From positions 96,001-160,000 of the forward strand of contig OY969706.1 in assembly GCA_963702095.1 (NCBI GenBank): a DNA stretch of 64,000 nucleotides, in the 5' to 3' direction. Shown here piece by piece: positions 1-9,803 of the stretch. Made by a program: the position numbers and the translations under genes. The DNA is from Candidatus Bathyarchaeota archaeon. GTDB lineage: Archaea > Thermoproteota > Bathyarchaeia > Bathyarchaeales > Bathycorpusculaceae. Each line of letters opens with the position of its first letter. Positions within the stretch are counted from its first letter, which is position 1. Below the pieces are notes generated by a model that was given only the letters and a program-made list of their open reading frames with translations, was not told the DNA's origin and did not search any database.

Positions 1-110
1 ATTCTATCTCAAATAGTTTAGCTATTGCAGGGCACGGCAGAAGCTGTTTGCAGATAGCTTCAGGAGACCTTTGCCGAGGCATTACCTGATTGGAATTAGC
101 AAGCAAGCCT

Positions 111-330
111 TCCACGCTAAAAAAGCAATCGATACATGCTTCCACATCCACACCGCGACCAATTCAACATGGAGCCATGTTGAGCGTGTGGAGGAAAACA
201 CTGTTGCCACACCGAAGCGGACAAAGAAAAACAGCCTAAACCCAAAAGCAATCGCCCTCCAACCCTTCTTATGGCAATTCTAAAACCGCCACACCCACAT
301 AAAGAGAGAGAACACAAAAAGAAAAAGGGT
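111..330 (+). repeat. Intergenic repeat family A, copy A1
   Basis: AAAGCAATCGATACATGCTTCCACA...hairpin TCAACATGG-AG-CCATGTTGA (164-183)...CCGCCACACCCACATAAAGAG; homologous to 4060-4312, 25926-26187, 42860-43110, 59599-59760. Confidence 0.85.
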
Positions 331-342
331 CAGGTGCTAAGG

Positions 343-2442
343 CTAATGGGTGCTGGTAGGCCAGGTCAGGGGCGATAAACCTTTAGTTGGTTGTTTTCTG
401 CGACGCTTAGCTAACCCTATTCCGATCACTGTGAAAACAACCGCAAAAACTACGATTATTCCGACCAGTATCCATGTGTTGTCGCCTTGACCGCTGCCAG
501 TTTGAAGAGTGGACACCATTGCCATTGCTTTTCCGGTATATTCAACTGGTTGCTCCAGAGTCGCATAGCCATCCTTTGAGATTTGGAATACATACGACCC
601 GGCGGTTAAGTTTTGGAAAACAACATCGCCTGTTTCATTCGTTACACCTGACAGCGCCGCTATTCCTGCAGGCTGAGCAGTCGAAGAAACCAAAACGTCA
701 ACTAAGAAATTCCCTTGATTGTCCAAAACGCGCAATAGCAGTGTAACTGGAGTGCTGTTGGTGGTTGTGGGAACGGTTGGACCAACGGCTACTTGGACTG
801 TGCCATGGGAATCTATGAAATCAGTTTTTGAAGCGTTAGCGGTTATGGTACAGGTTGTTGTAGTAGAGAAGCTGGGGGCAGTAAAGATTGCGGTGTAATA
901 GCCTGTTGGGTTCTCCTGGGTTTCTGTGAATGTTCCGCCGTTGTCTGATGTAAACGTGACTTCTGCGCCGGTTACGGGTTTTCCTAGAGCAGTGATGTAA
1001 GCAGTTATTGTAGTATCGTTTCCGTTTAGAACCTGCTTTGCTTCGCTTGTAACATTCACATGTAACGATGCAAAGTCAATGATGTATGTTGTTGCATCTG
1101 CTTCTCCGGGCGTGTAACTCGAAGCCTGAGCTGTAATCGTAGTCGTGCCTGGTGAGTTTGTTGCAGTTAATGTGCCTGTTGCCCAGGTTTTACCCAGAGG
1201 TATCGTAACTTTTGAACTCACTAGACCTACGGTGGGGTTAGATGAAAAGAGCTTTACGTTCAAGTCCATGTCAGGGGCTTGCGCTGGGTTTCCATCTACG
1301 TCCTGAAGCTGCACTTGAACTGTTTGGTATCCACCGTTGTCGGCGGGCATTGTAGATGGAACGCAGTAAACCGCGAGTGCTGAAGCAGTAAAACCAGTTG
1401 TGTTAAACGGTTGCTGTGTTGCGATAAGGTTGGTTGCTGCTGCGGTAATGTTTGTGGTGCCTGCTTTGTAGGTGGAATGGAATGTTGCTAACGCGTAAGT
1501 TTGTGATTGTGGAATGATTAGGTGTGTTTCGGTTCTGCCTATGCTTTGATCTGCCGATGCTATGGTTACGGTTATGTCGGATGGAGCCGCAACCAAGTTA
1601 CCAAATTGATCTTGCAGTTGGACTGCTATTTGGGTATATGCGCTGTTGTCAGCTAAAACTTTGGGTGATCCTGTAGAAATGCTTAGTCTGGATGGGGCAT
1701 TAGTGGCCAAGTCTGTTGTGGTTATTTTTGTGTTTGAGGATATGTAGTCGCCGGCGATGGTGGTTATTGTAGCCTCGCCGGGTGTTGTTGTGGTTTGGAA
1801 GGTTGCTTTAGCGTAGGTTTGACCTTCAGGAATCGTCACCGACGGCGTAACGTCGCCCACCAATGTGTTGGAGCATGAAAGGTAAACTTGGGTACCGCCT
1901 TTAGGCGCCCTCGCCGGTGAACCATGAACATCCTGCAACTGGACCAATACGGCTTCATAGGAGCCTCCGTTGGCGGGAAGAGTCGCTGGAAAACCGTATA
2001 CCGCTATTGTGTATGGTTTAGGTCCCACTGTTGACACTTGGGCTTGTACGGTTGAGTAGCCTGTAGCGGCTGCGGCAATCATCGTGTTGCCCGACGTAAA
2101 GGTAGCGTAAAAGTTGGCTGCCCCAAAAGTTTCGCCCGCCGCAATGGATATGGACGTATCCACGGTTCCTATTTCTGTTCGCGAAGACGACAAACTAATA
2201 GACGTATCCTGCAGAGCACGCACAGGATTCCCATCAACATCCTGCAACTCAACAAAAACACACCTATACGTACCATTATCGGCCGGCAAACTAGGCGGAC
2301 CAACAAAAATCTCAATCTTAGAAGGACAAGCAGAAGCATTCGAAGAAACTTGACCAATCAAAAGAGCCGAGCAAACGATTAATGATATTACACAGGTAAT
2401 TAGCAGTTTTTTACCTATTTTTCTCTGGTACATGGGCATCAA
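343..2442 (-). CDS. Surface protein with tandem invasin/intimin-type Ig-like (Big_1-like) domains and C-terminal membrane anchor
   Basis: N-terminal signal peptide; four repeats of (L/M)xA(D/N)..Y..V.(V/E)LQD..G; Thr-rich; C-terminal TM followed by KRRRK. Confidence 0.8.
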   Translation of the reverse strand: MMPMYQRKIGKKLLITCVISLIVCSALLIGQVSSNASACPSKIEIFVGPPSLPADNGTYRCVFVELQDVDGNPVRALQDTSISLSSSRTEIGTVDTSISIAAGETFGAANFYATFTSGNTMIAAAATGYSTVQAQVSTVGPKPYTIAVYGFPATLPANGGSYEAVLVQLQDVHGSPARAPKGGTQVYLSCSNTLVGDVTPSVTIPEGQTYAKATFQTTTTPGEATITTIAGDYISSNTKITTTDLATNAPSRLSISTGSPKVLADNSAYTQIAVQLQDQFGNLVAAPSDITVTIASADQSIGRTETHLIIPQSQTYALATFHSTYKAGTTNITAAATNLIATQQPFNTTGFTASALAVYCVPSTMPADNGGYQTVQVQLQDVDGNPAQAPDMDLNVKLFSSNPTVGLVSSKVTIPLGKTWATGTLTATNSPGTTTITAQASSYTPGEADATTYIIDFASLHVNVTSEAKQVLNGNDTTITAYITALGKPVTGAEVTFTSDNGGTFTETQENPTGYYTAIFTAPSFSTTTTCTITANASKTDFIDSHGTVQVAVGPTVPTTTNSTPVTLLLRVLDNQGNFLVDVLVSSTAQPAGIAALSGVTNETGDVVFQNLTAGSYVFQISKDGYATLEQPVEYTGKAMAMVSTLQTGSGQGDNTWILVGIIVVFAVVFTVIGIGLAKRRRKQPTKGLSPLTWPTSTH

Positions 2443-2569
2443 TCTAAAAAATAGGATTATAGCAAGTAATAAGATTTACTATGCGAGTTGTTTTTAAAAT
2501 AACTGTTCTACAAAACTACACGTCGAGAATTTAGTAGTCACTGTAGGAGATTCTTTGGGTCTTTTTTTT

Positions 2570-2750
2570 GGGATGTTGCTTTACACCCACACTTTGGCCT
2601 CTTCAACATGGGGGGTTGTTGAGTGTGTGGAAAGAATCGTTTAGGTCACATCGAAATCGGCGTTGAAAAATGTTGCTACCGCAAGAAGCAGTCACTCACA
2701 GTTACTGCCGTGTGGCACCCCACAAACCGCCACAGTTACATCAAAGATTA
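2570..2750 (+). repeat. Intergenic repeat family A, degenerate copy A6
   Basis: GCTTTACACCCACAC..TTCAACA..TGTTGAGTGTGTGGAA...AAACCGCCACAGTTACATCAAAG aligns with A1. Confidence 0.6.
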
Positions 2751-3026
2751 AAAACAGTTAAATTCTCGGCCCCACTGGTTAATGTAGAGCCTTTGCGGGT
2801 TAATGTATGTGTTTTTCAGCATTGCTTTGCACGGTTTCCTCATTGCCCATGAGTTTGAAGAAGCCATGTCGGCTGCTGATTTGGCTGCGTCAGTGGCGCC
2901 TTGTTGCTTTAAGGGTACTTACCGCTTTTAAATTTTCATCGATGTTAACCAAACAAAAAAGAGTTCAGAGACAAAAACTATTGAAAGATAAAATAGACAA
3001 AAAAGAAAGAAAGCCAGTTAAAGACT

Positions 3027-3929
3027 TTACATGTAGAGTTTTTCCCAGCGGTTAAAAAGCTCCAGTACATCGTCGCCGCCGTGGTCTTTTAGGAACTCAC
3101 GGGTTTCTTTGTCAGCAGCTGCTTCTTTTTGGAATTTCTGGATGTACTCTGCTTTCTCTGCTAGGAAAATGATGCCGTCAACGCCTTGGCGTGCAACACG
3201 GGTTGCAACCGTCATGATTTGTTTGGTTGTTGAAACGGTTTCCCATGTTTCGTTGGGGCCTCTGACGTAGAAGTTCACCATCACTGGTTTTTTGAGTTGG
3301 CTCTTGAAGCCACGTGCGATGGTTTCCCAGTACCACGGGGTCGGGTAGGATTTGCTGAACATGGGTATAACGAAGTAATCAGCGTATTGTGCCAGTGCTT
3401 CGAAGTCGTAGCCAAAGCGGACTTTGCCCATCAAGGGGTCTGGAAGCAAGTTAACGAAGAGTGGCTTGCCAGAGACGATTTCTTTGACTTCGGCTAGGAA
3501 GTCAGTAACTGTTTTTGCACGCCATTCCACCCAGCTTAAGCCGCTTTTTGCCTGTGCAGCAATGCATCTTGGGCAAGTGCAGAAGCCTTGATCTGCGAAG
3601 TGTTGGCTACTGATGCTGATACCGGGGGTTTTTTTGGCGCTTTCAGCGATGATTTTGAGGTTGTATTCGCGGGCTTCGGGGTTGGTCATGCAGACGACGT
3701 CCCAGCGGAGGTTGAAGCGTTTGTTTGTGCGTAGGGCTGGGCCGAATGAGCTGACAGATACCCAGTCGGGGCGTTTTGCTGCCATGTTGTTGTCGCCGAA
3801 GACAGCGATGTTAGTGTACATTTTGGGGTTTACTACTCCGACAATGCCGGATTCTGATTTTTGACGGTAGAAGTTGTAGTCGACGCCTTCTACAGGTTCG
3901 GGTTGGTAGAGGAACGTGCCGAATTTCAA
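3027..3929 (-). CDS. Putative glycoside-hydrolase-like TIM-barrel protein
   Basis: 300 aa ORF with TTG start; VCMTNPEAREY, GFCTCPRC and WVEWRAKTVTDF motifs resemble GHL10/DUF4015-like barrels. Confidence 0.55.
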   Translation of the reverse strand: MKFGTFLYQPEPVEGVDYNFYRQKSESGIVGVVNPKMYTNIAVFGDNNMAAKRPDWVSVSSFGPALRTNKRFNLRWDVVCMTNPEAREYNLKIIAESAKKTPGISISSQHFADQGFCTCPRCIAAQAKSGLSWVEWRAKTVTDFLAEVKEIVSGKPLFVNLLPDPLMGKVRFGYDFEALAQYADYFVIPMFSKSYPTPWYWETIARGFKSQLKKPVMVNFYVRGPNETWETVSTTKQIMTVATRVARQGVDGIIFLAEKAEYIQKFQKEAAADKETREFLKDHGGDDVLELFNRWEKLYM

Positions 3930-4059
3930 GTCTAATACACCATTTTTAATTTACCAAAACATCACTTTACAGCCTTATTAAGTCTTCGCAGACAACGCCT
4001 AAGACTGTAATTTTTTGGATTTAGGCTGCTGGACTGTATAGTTTTTTGCTAGCTTCTTA

Positions 4060-4312
4060 CTGTTTTTCCTTTTATGTGGGTGTGGCGGTTTTAGAATTGC
4101 CATAAGAAGGTGTTGGAGGGCAAATGCTTTTTGCTTTTGTAACGTTTTTCAGCGACTGTTATGGTGTGGGATATGGGTTTTTCTCCACATGCCCTGCATG
4201 GCTCCATATTGAATTGGTCGCGGTGTGGATGTAGAAGCATGTATCATTTGCTTTTTTCAGCACAAGAATTCAGTAACAGAAATGAACAGCGCAATGCTGT
4301 CAGGTACTAGTA
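4060..4312 (-). repeat. Intergenic repeat family A, copy A2
   Basis: Reverse complement shares long identical stretches with A1 (CACACCGCGACCAATTCAA; CCTTCTTATGGCAATTCTAAAACCGCCACACCCACATAAA). Confidence 0.85.
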
Positions 4313-4596
4313 TGGGTCATTCAGAAAATACAAGCCAGCTTTCACCTAAAAGAAACCCAGCCCAGCCGCCGCCTATGAGCAATTTTTGTAAACAAAATAT
4401 ACGATAAAAAAACGCTATTACAAACAGCTAAACATAGCCTCAAGCGCTTTTCTAGCGGGTAAGATATTGACTGAAGGGCTCTGGAATTAAATTAACTAGT
4501 CGCGGTTGAAGAATGGTTTAGTTGCATTTTCCATTCTTTCTTCCTTTATTTTGACCAGAACCCCAGCAAAACCATCCCCAATTTAAGCCTAACTCG

Positions 4597-6906
4597 TTAA
4601 GGCTGCTCTAATATTTTGAAGATGACGTATCGGTCGTTACTGTAAATTAACTGTAAGAGTTTGCTGTGGAGGATTTGGGTGTCAAGTTGGTTGCGGTCGT
4701 AGACTAGGAAGCCGATGTTGTTTTCTTTGATGTAGTCTTGGAAGTTTCGGGTTGTAATCGTGAACTCGGCTTGTTTGTCGAATAAGCCCTGAAGCTGGTC
4801 TGGTTGGAGGGTTGGATAGCTGCTTTTTGACAGCGTCAGCATCTGGTAGGCGCATGAAACCGTCTGGTTCACGCCGACGGTGTTGAAGTCATATTGGAAT
4901 CTTACGCTGTCTATTTGGCGGTTACCCAATGCGCCGACGTTTCCCCACTGCGGCAAAGTGGTGAATTCGAATGCGAAGCCGATGTTTTCAGTGTCATCGT
5001 AGAGGCCTAAATAGTGGTCTTTTAAGGTTGCATTGGAGAAGCCAGCGACTGTCCATTGGTTTTCATATGTTTCTCTATTCGCTGGGTCAACATCCCAAGG
5101 GTTCACCCAATCCATCAAACCCGGGATGTAAGCTTTGTCAAAGTGCCATCTCAAATCGTAGAATATGCTCAGGTAGAGGCTTGCATTAACCAACGGGTTT
5201 TTTAGAGGTCTTAGAGTCCATGAGACATCAAGCGGATAACTGTCACTATTCATAGTCACAGTCTTGGTTAACATCATGTCGTCGTTTGTGTAGGTGAAGA
5301 TTAACTGGGGGGAACTTGCGTTGTCGAACACGATTTCCTTGTTAAGCTGTGAGAGCGTAACTTTGACGGTTGACCCGTTTGTTGCTTGGTAGAATACTGC
5401 GTCGCCGCTTCCAGAAGTGTATGAAACCCTGTCCCAAACCTGGTTCATCGACACATAAGTTTCGTCCAGCAGGTCTCCTTTTGCTTGGTAAGCCTCGAAG
5501 ATGGTTTGAGTATGGTTCATTTCATAGCTCAGTGTCAAAACAGCCTCTGGAATTTCAGTGTACTGCACCGTCTGATCAGTCTGTGCAATCACGTTTTTAC
5601 CGGAAAATTCCTGGAACCAGAAACCCGGGATATCTGTGTCCACAACCCATTGGTCTCCTGGATAGTTGGTTTTGAGCCATAAGCCTGCTTCCAAGGCTTT
5701 TACGTCTGTTGTTGAGTAGTAGACGCCTGCTTCTTGGACTTTGCCGTAAACCGTGTCATAGCGCAACACAACCATGGCGGCAACCATGACGATTATCGCT
5801 ACTGTGAGGGCTTTCACCCAGGTTTTCTTGAAAACCAACCGTTTCTTTGCGCGAAGGGCAATGAACTGGTCGATGAGGAATACGACGGTGACGGCTGCCA
5901 AAATCGCCATGGGCGCTGTGAGGTAGTAAACGAACCATGCGAACGGCATAAAGAAACCTACAACGTAGGATTCTGCGAAGAAGAATGGCACAAACAGGCT
6001 TAAAACTAAAATCAGCCAGTAAAGAGGCTTCTTCTGTTTTCTTAGCAGGTAAAAGGATACTGCGACTCCGCCAAGTCCTAAGAAGAAGACGAAGCCAAAA
6101 TTGACCATGAAAGCGCCAAAGTTAACGTTAGGAATCTGATATGCGTATGTTTTGATCTCAAAAAACACGTACTTGATGACCACGTCAAGGTAGCCCGCCA
6201 TTGCTTGGAAATAGTAGAGGAAGAATGCTATGCCGCCGCCTAAGGCTAATGCAAGGACAATTTTGAGGTTTTTGCCTCTGGATTTTATGAGCATAAACAG
6301 CAGAATTGGCGGCACAATAAAGACGGCTAGAAACGCTGCTAACTGGTGAGCCAACACAAGCCCAAACGCGGCAAAGAAAGCTACCACAAGATACCCCAGA
6401 TGGTTAACTGAGAGCGGCGTGTAGAGTAAAACCAACAGCATAAACGCTAAAGCCAAAACCGTGGTGTAGCCGCCGAATTGGTTGGCTTCAAACACTGGAA
6501 AACACATCAACAGCAAAATCACAGCTGCCACCGCGACTTTTCTGTTGAAGAATTTGTTGGCAAGCAAGTAAACGGACATGAACAGCAGCCAGTCGAGGAC
6601 CACGACTAATGCTTTGACCCAGAAGATGTATTGTTCGATGCTTGCTGCGCCGCTTATGGATATGAGCATGGCGAGCACAATCTGGAAGAGCGGAGGCGTC
6701 CAACTATTGTTTGCAAGCGAAATTTGGCCTGTCCTCAGAAAAATCTGGGCTTTCTCCAAATGAACAGCGGGGTCATTACCCAAAACCACCCCGTTCATGG
6801 AGACGACAAGGTAGAACATGACAAGGATGACCACTGAGAAAACCGCTATGAAGGCGAGTTCTAACTGTTTCTCTTTTAGCATCCAAATATGCAAGTAGCC
6901 CTTCAC
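4597..6906 (-). CDS. Multi-pass membrane protein, GT-C-fold glycosyltransferase-like
   Basis: About 12 TM helices, GNDPAVH loop after TM1, large extracellular C-terminal domain; paralog of next gene with 4 nt overlap. Confidence 0.7.
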   Translation of the reverse strand: MKGYLHIWMLKEKQLELAFIAVFSVVILVMFYLVVSMNGVVLGNDPAVHLEKAQIFLRTGQISLANNSWTPPLFQIVLAMLISISGAASIEQYIFWVKALVVVLDWLLFMSVYLLANKFFNRKVAVAAVILLLMCFPVFEANQFGGYTTVLALAFMLLVLLYTPLSVNHLGYLVVAFFAAFGLVLAHQLAAFLAVFIVPPILLFMLIKSRGKNLKIVLALALGGGIAFFLYYFQAMAGYLDVVIKYVFFEIKTYAYQIPNVNFGAFMVNFGFVFFLGLGGVAVSFYLLRKQKKPLYWLILVLSLFVPFFFAESYVVGFFMPFAWFVYYLTAPMAILAAVTVVFLIDQFIALRAKKRLVFKKTWVKALTVAIIVMVAAMVVLRYDTVYGKVQEAGVYYSTTDVKALEAGLWLKTNYPGDQWVVDTDIPGFWFQEFSGKNVIAQTDQTVQYTEIPEAVLTLSYEMNHTQTIFEAYQAKGDLLDETYVSMNQVWDRVSYTSGSGDAVFYQATNGSTVKVTLSQLNKEIVFDNASSPQLIFTYTNDDMMLTKTVTMNSDSYPLDVSWTLRPLKNPLVNASLYLSIFYDLRWHFDKAYIPGLMDWVNPWDVDPANRETYENQWTVAGFSNATLKDHYLGLYDDTENIGFAFEFTTLPQWGNVGALGNRQIDSVRFQYDFNTVGVNQTVSCAYQMLTLSKSSYPTLQPDQLQGLFDKQAEFTITTRNFQDYIKENNIGFLVYDRNQLDTQILHSKLLQLIYSNDRYVIFKILEQP

Positions 6907-9251
6907 CCTTGGCTGAGGTTCCCATTTACCTTAAAGATTGCAACTTCTTTGTTAATAAAGACGAGGCTAAACAGGGGGTCTTCAAGGAATTTTGGTTCCA
7001 CAGCTTGGTCTCTGCAAACGACGTAGGAAACCTCTCGGTTTTGCAGTTCCAAGCGGTAATTGAAAACAGTTAGTTCAAGAGCTTTTCCTTTGGACGGTTC
7101 AACCATGCGGAGTGGAGACGCCAAGTTGTTGGCTATCTCCGACTGGAAGTAGGCGTTTCTGGTGTCTTTCGTGGCGTAGTATGCTAAGTTATCGGTCACT
7201 GAGTATGCGCCTGCCAGCATCTTGAATGAACCTGAAGAGTTGTCCGCAAAATTGTATTTGGCTTCAACTGTTTTTCCAACGGTAGTACGGTAGGGCACTT
7301 GGTCAAAGATTAATTGCCCCAGTGCTTTCACGCCTTCGTCAATCAAGCAAACCGTGTGGGGATCACTGTAGGGGATTTGTTCTCCGTTGCCGTCAACTTT
7401 GATGTTTACCCATTCAAGGTTAACATTGGGAGACAACGCAGTTATGGTGGATGTTATGTTTGCAAAGCGTGCCTGTGTATACACTGTGGTTGTGAGTGTA
7501 TAGTTGAGGTCATCGTTGCCTCTGGTAACCACTATTGTGGCATGTTGTGTATCGTTTATTATTTGCATGCTTTTTACCGCAAGCTCCGATAAAACAACGT
7601 TGCAATCGTCGCCGTTAACGCTGTAGTACACTTCGGTTTGGTTGCTAAGGGTGAAGAAAGAGTACTTGGCGTAGGTCCAGTTTTGACCCACTAAAATCTC
7701 TGGGTTATGCCTTGAAAGGTACCCGTCCTCTTGAACCTCAATCCATCCATTATCAACTATGTAATCGGTTCCTAGGAGGTTTCTGGCGAAGGTAGCATTA
7801 TCAACTTCCCGTTTCACCGTCAAATATTCAGGTGATACGGCACTCAAAGTGGGTCTCTGCGCAAACCCTCCAAGCCACCAGCCGTAGAGTGCATCTGAAA
7901 CCAACACCGAACCCTGCGGAGTGCTGGTTTTGACCCATTGGAGGGCGTTCCAGCATTCGTTATCCATCGTTTGGTAATAACTCTGCATGGTTTCGCCAAA
8001 GTTGGTTGCTGGAGCAGTGAAAATGGGCAGGGCAACAAAACAGAATAGCAAAAGAAACAGCACAGAGATTGAATAGATTCTCTTCCGTGTTAAACCCGCT
8101 GATAGTCTCTTGGAGGCTCGGTCAAGTTTTCCTTGAAGTCTTTCCAATCGCTTGGGAACTTTAGGTGGCTTAATCTTCAGTTTACCTTGAGCCCTAAGCA
8201 TATCTAGGGATTCAGAGATAAAGCCCGACCCATAATCAATCAAGATGGCTATAAATACCAGAACTGGCAGAACAAGAAAATACAGGAAACGATTGTAGTC
8301 AACGGGCAAACCAACCAAGTATCCCTGTGTAAGGATCAGCGGCAGAAATATCCACATTGCAAACAAAAGCGTTGGCAGGGCGAGGAATTTCTTGTAGAAT
8401 TTTTTGGAGAAGATAAAGAATGCTGCGGTTATAAGGAAAAGCGGCAGGACAACTTCAAGGGATAGAATTCGGGTGGCGATTGTTGCAGCAGCAATCTCAT
8501 CAGAGCCATACTGCGCCAAATAGATCGGAATCGCCTGCACTAAAAATGGAGAGACCAAAATGGCGCCCAAAACAATGGGCAAAAGCCAGTAGAGCGCGGT
8601 TTTTCTTGGAACACCCAGCTTCTTGGGAAAGGCTAAAACAGCGAGGATCATGACGGCTGCTATTAAACTGAACATTACTGCGCTTAGGGAATGCGTCAGA
8701 AGCATTGAAGCTGCCAAGATTGAAGTGGAAACAAGGAACGGCGCTTTTGTGAAGCGGTCTTTTTCTAGGTATAAGTAGAAAGTTAACGGTATAAGCATCA
8801 ACGTTATTACGTTGGGGTATCCTGCCCACATCAACATTTCAACGTCGAAGCGTGAAATCGCAACCAAAAAAGCCACTGCGAAAGCTGCTCCGGTAGACCA
8901 AACTCGCCTAGTTATTAGAAAAGCCGCTAAAACCAGTAGCGCCGAAAAGAGGGATACGACTAGGGCGTGGGCAAAGGGCTCCATCGACGCCGTCATCCCC
9001 GTTATCAGCATGACGCCTGCAGTGAAGATGTGATAGCCTGGAAACGTCAGCGATATGCCGCCGCCGATATGGTAGTAGTTGTAGAAGAAATCGGTGGGGC
9101 CTGACCCTACAATGGAGTAGATGACGCTGTTGTGTAAGCCTATGTCGGCGCCGGGTGGGTAACCCGCCCAAAACATCAGCAGCATGCGGTATAGGAAAGC
9201 GAACGCAAAGATTAGCAGCAGCAAGAGGACTGATTTGTTTGCTTTGGGCAT
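6903..9251 (-). CDS. Multi-pass membrane protein, GT-C-fold glycosyltransferase-like
   Basis: GADIGLH loop after TM1, many TMs, WVKTSTP..SD..YGWW motif in the soluble domain. Confidence 0.7.
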   Translation of the reverse strand: MPKANKSVLLLLLIFAFAFLYRMLLMFWAGYPPGADIGLHNSVIYSIVGSGPTDFFYNYYHIGGGISLTFPGYHIFTAGVMLITGMTASMEPFAHALVVSLFSALLVLAAFLITRRVWSTGAAFAVAFLVAISRFDVEMLMWAGYPNVITLMLIPLTFYLYLEKDRFTKAPFLVSTSILAASMLLTHSLSAVMFSLIAAVMILAVLAFPKKLGVPRKTALYWLLPIVLGAILVSPFLVQAIPIYLAQYGSDEIAAATIATRILSLEVVLPLFLITAAFFIFSKKFYKKFLALPTLLFAMWIFLPLILTQGYLVGLPVDYNRFLYFLVLPVLVFIAILIDYGSGFISESLDMLRAQGKLKIKPPKVPKRLERLQGKLDRASKRLSAGLTRKRIYSISVLFLLLFCFVALPIFTAPATNFGETMQSYYQTMDNECWNALQWVKTSTPQGSVLVSDALYGWWLGGFAQRPTLSAVSPEYLTVKREVDNATFARNLLGTDYIVDNGWIEVQEDGYLSRHNPEILVGQNWTYAKYSFFTLSNQTEVYYSVNGDDCNVVLSELAVKSMQIINDTQHATIVVTRGNDDLNYTLTTTVYTQARFANITSTITALSPNVNLEWVNIKVDGNGEQIPYSDPHTVCLIDEGVKALGQLIFDQVPYRTTVGKTVEAKYNFADNSSGSFKMLAGAYSVTDNLAYYATKDTRNAYFQSEIANNLASPLRMVEPSKGKALELTVFNYRLELQNREVSYVVCRDQAVEPKFLEDPLFSLVFINKEVAIFKVNGNLSQG

Positions 9252-9356
9252 TTAGTTACCTGCTTAATATGATTACATTGAAACGTTGGTAAAAGGTTAA
9301 ATATTGATTTCGAGTATAAAAAGCCCAGAGTATACAAACAGGAAAAAGGTGTTTAA

Positions 9357-9782
9357 ATGTCGTGGCTTAAATCTATGATGGAAAAAGAACCACCAGAACC
9401 AGAGAATCCCTTAGGCATTGTCGTTATCGGCAACATCGAACCGGACATGCATGACACAGCAAAAGAAGCAGTCCGCCGAACACTAAAACGCGCAGGCTTC
9501 AAAACCATTGACGTCGGAAAAAGCGTTGCACCCCAAGTTTTCATCGACAAAATAAAGGAAAACAACGCAAACCTCCTTGCACTCTCAGTCAACACAGTTC
9601 CAGCAAAGAACAACCTGGCAAAACTAGACGAACTCCTAAAAGCAGCGGGTCTCAAAGACAAAATCGGCATCATCATGGGCGGCGCAGCCGTCAAAAAAGA
9701 GGATGCGGATGCATTCGGCGCACTCTTTGGCAAGAACAAAGAAGAAGCTCCAGAACTTGCAAAGAAAGCCCTGAAGAAATAA
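9357..9782 (+). CDS. Stand-alone cobalamin (B12)-binding domain corrinoid protein
   Basis: DMHDTA (DxHxxG variant), LALS and IMGGAAV Rossmann motifs; adjacent to MtrH-like gene. Confidence 0.85.
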   Translation: MSWLKSMMEKEPPEPENPLGIVVIGNIEPDMHDTAKEAVRRTLKRAGFKTIDVGKSVAPQVFIDKIKENNANLLALSVNTVPAKNNLAKLDELLKAAGLKDKIGIIMGGAAVKKEDADAFGALFGKNKEEAPELAKKALKK

Positions 9783-9803
9783 GTCCATCCGAAGTGGATT
9801 CAA

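Noticed and set aside
71-317. Short ORFs overlapping family A repeats (also 25930-26424, 42851-43069 and the N-terminal 122 aa of 59508-60428)
   Set aside because: They are translations of the repeat; frames and starts are not conserved among copies. The real DUF2090 start is ATG 59874.
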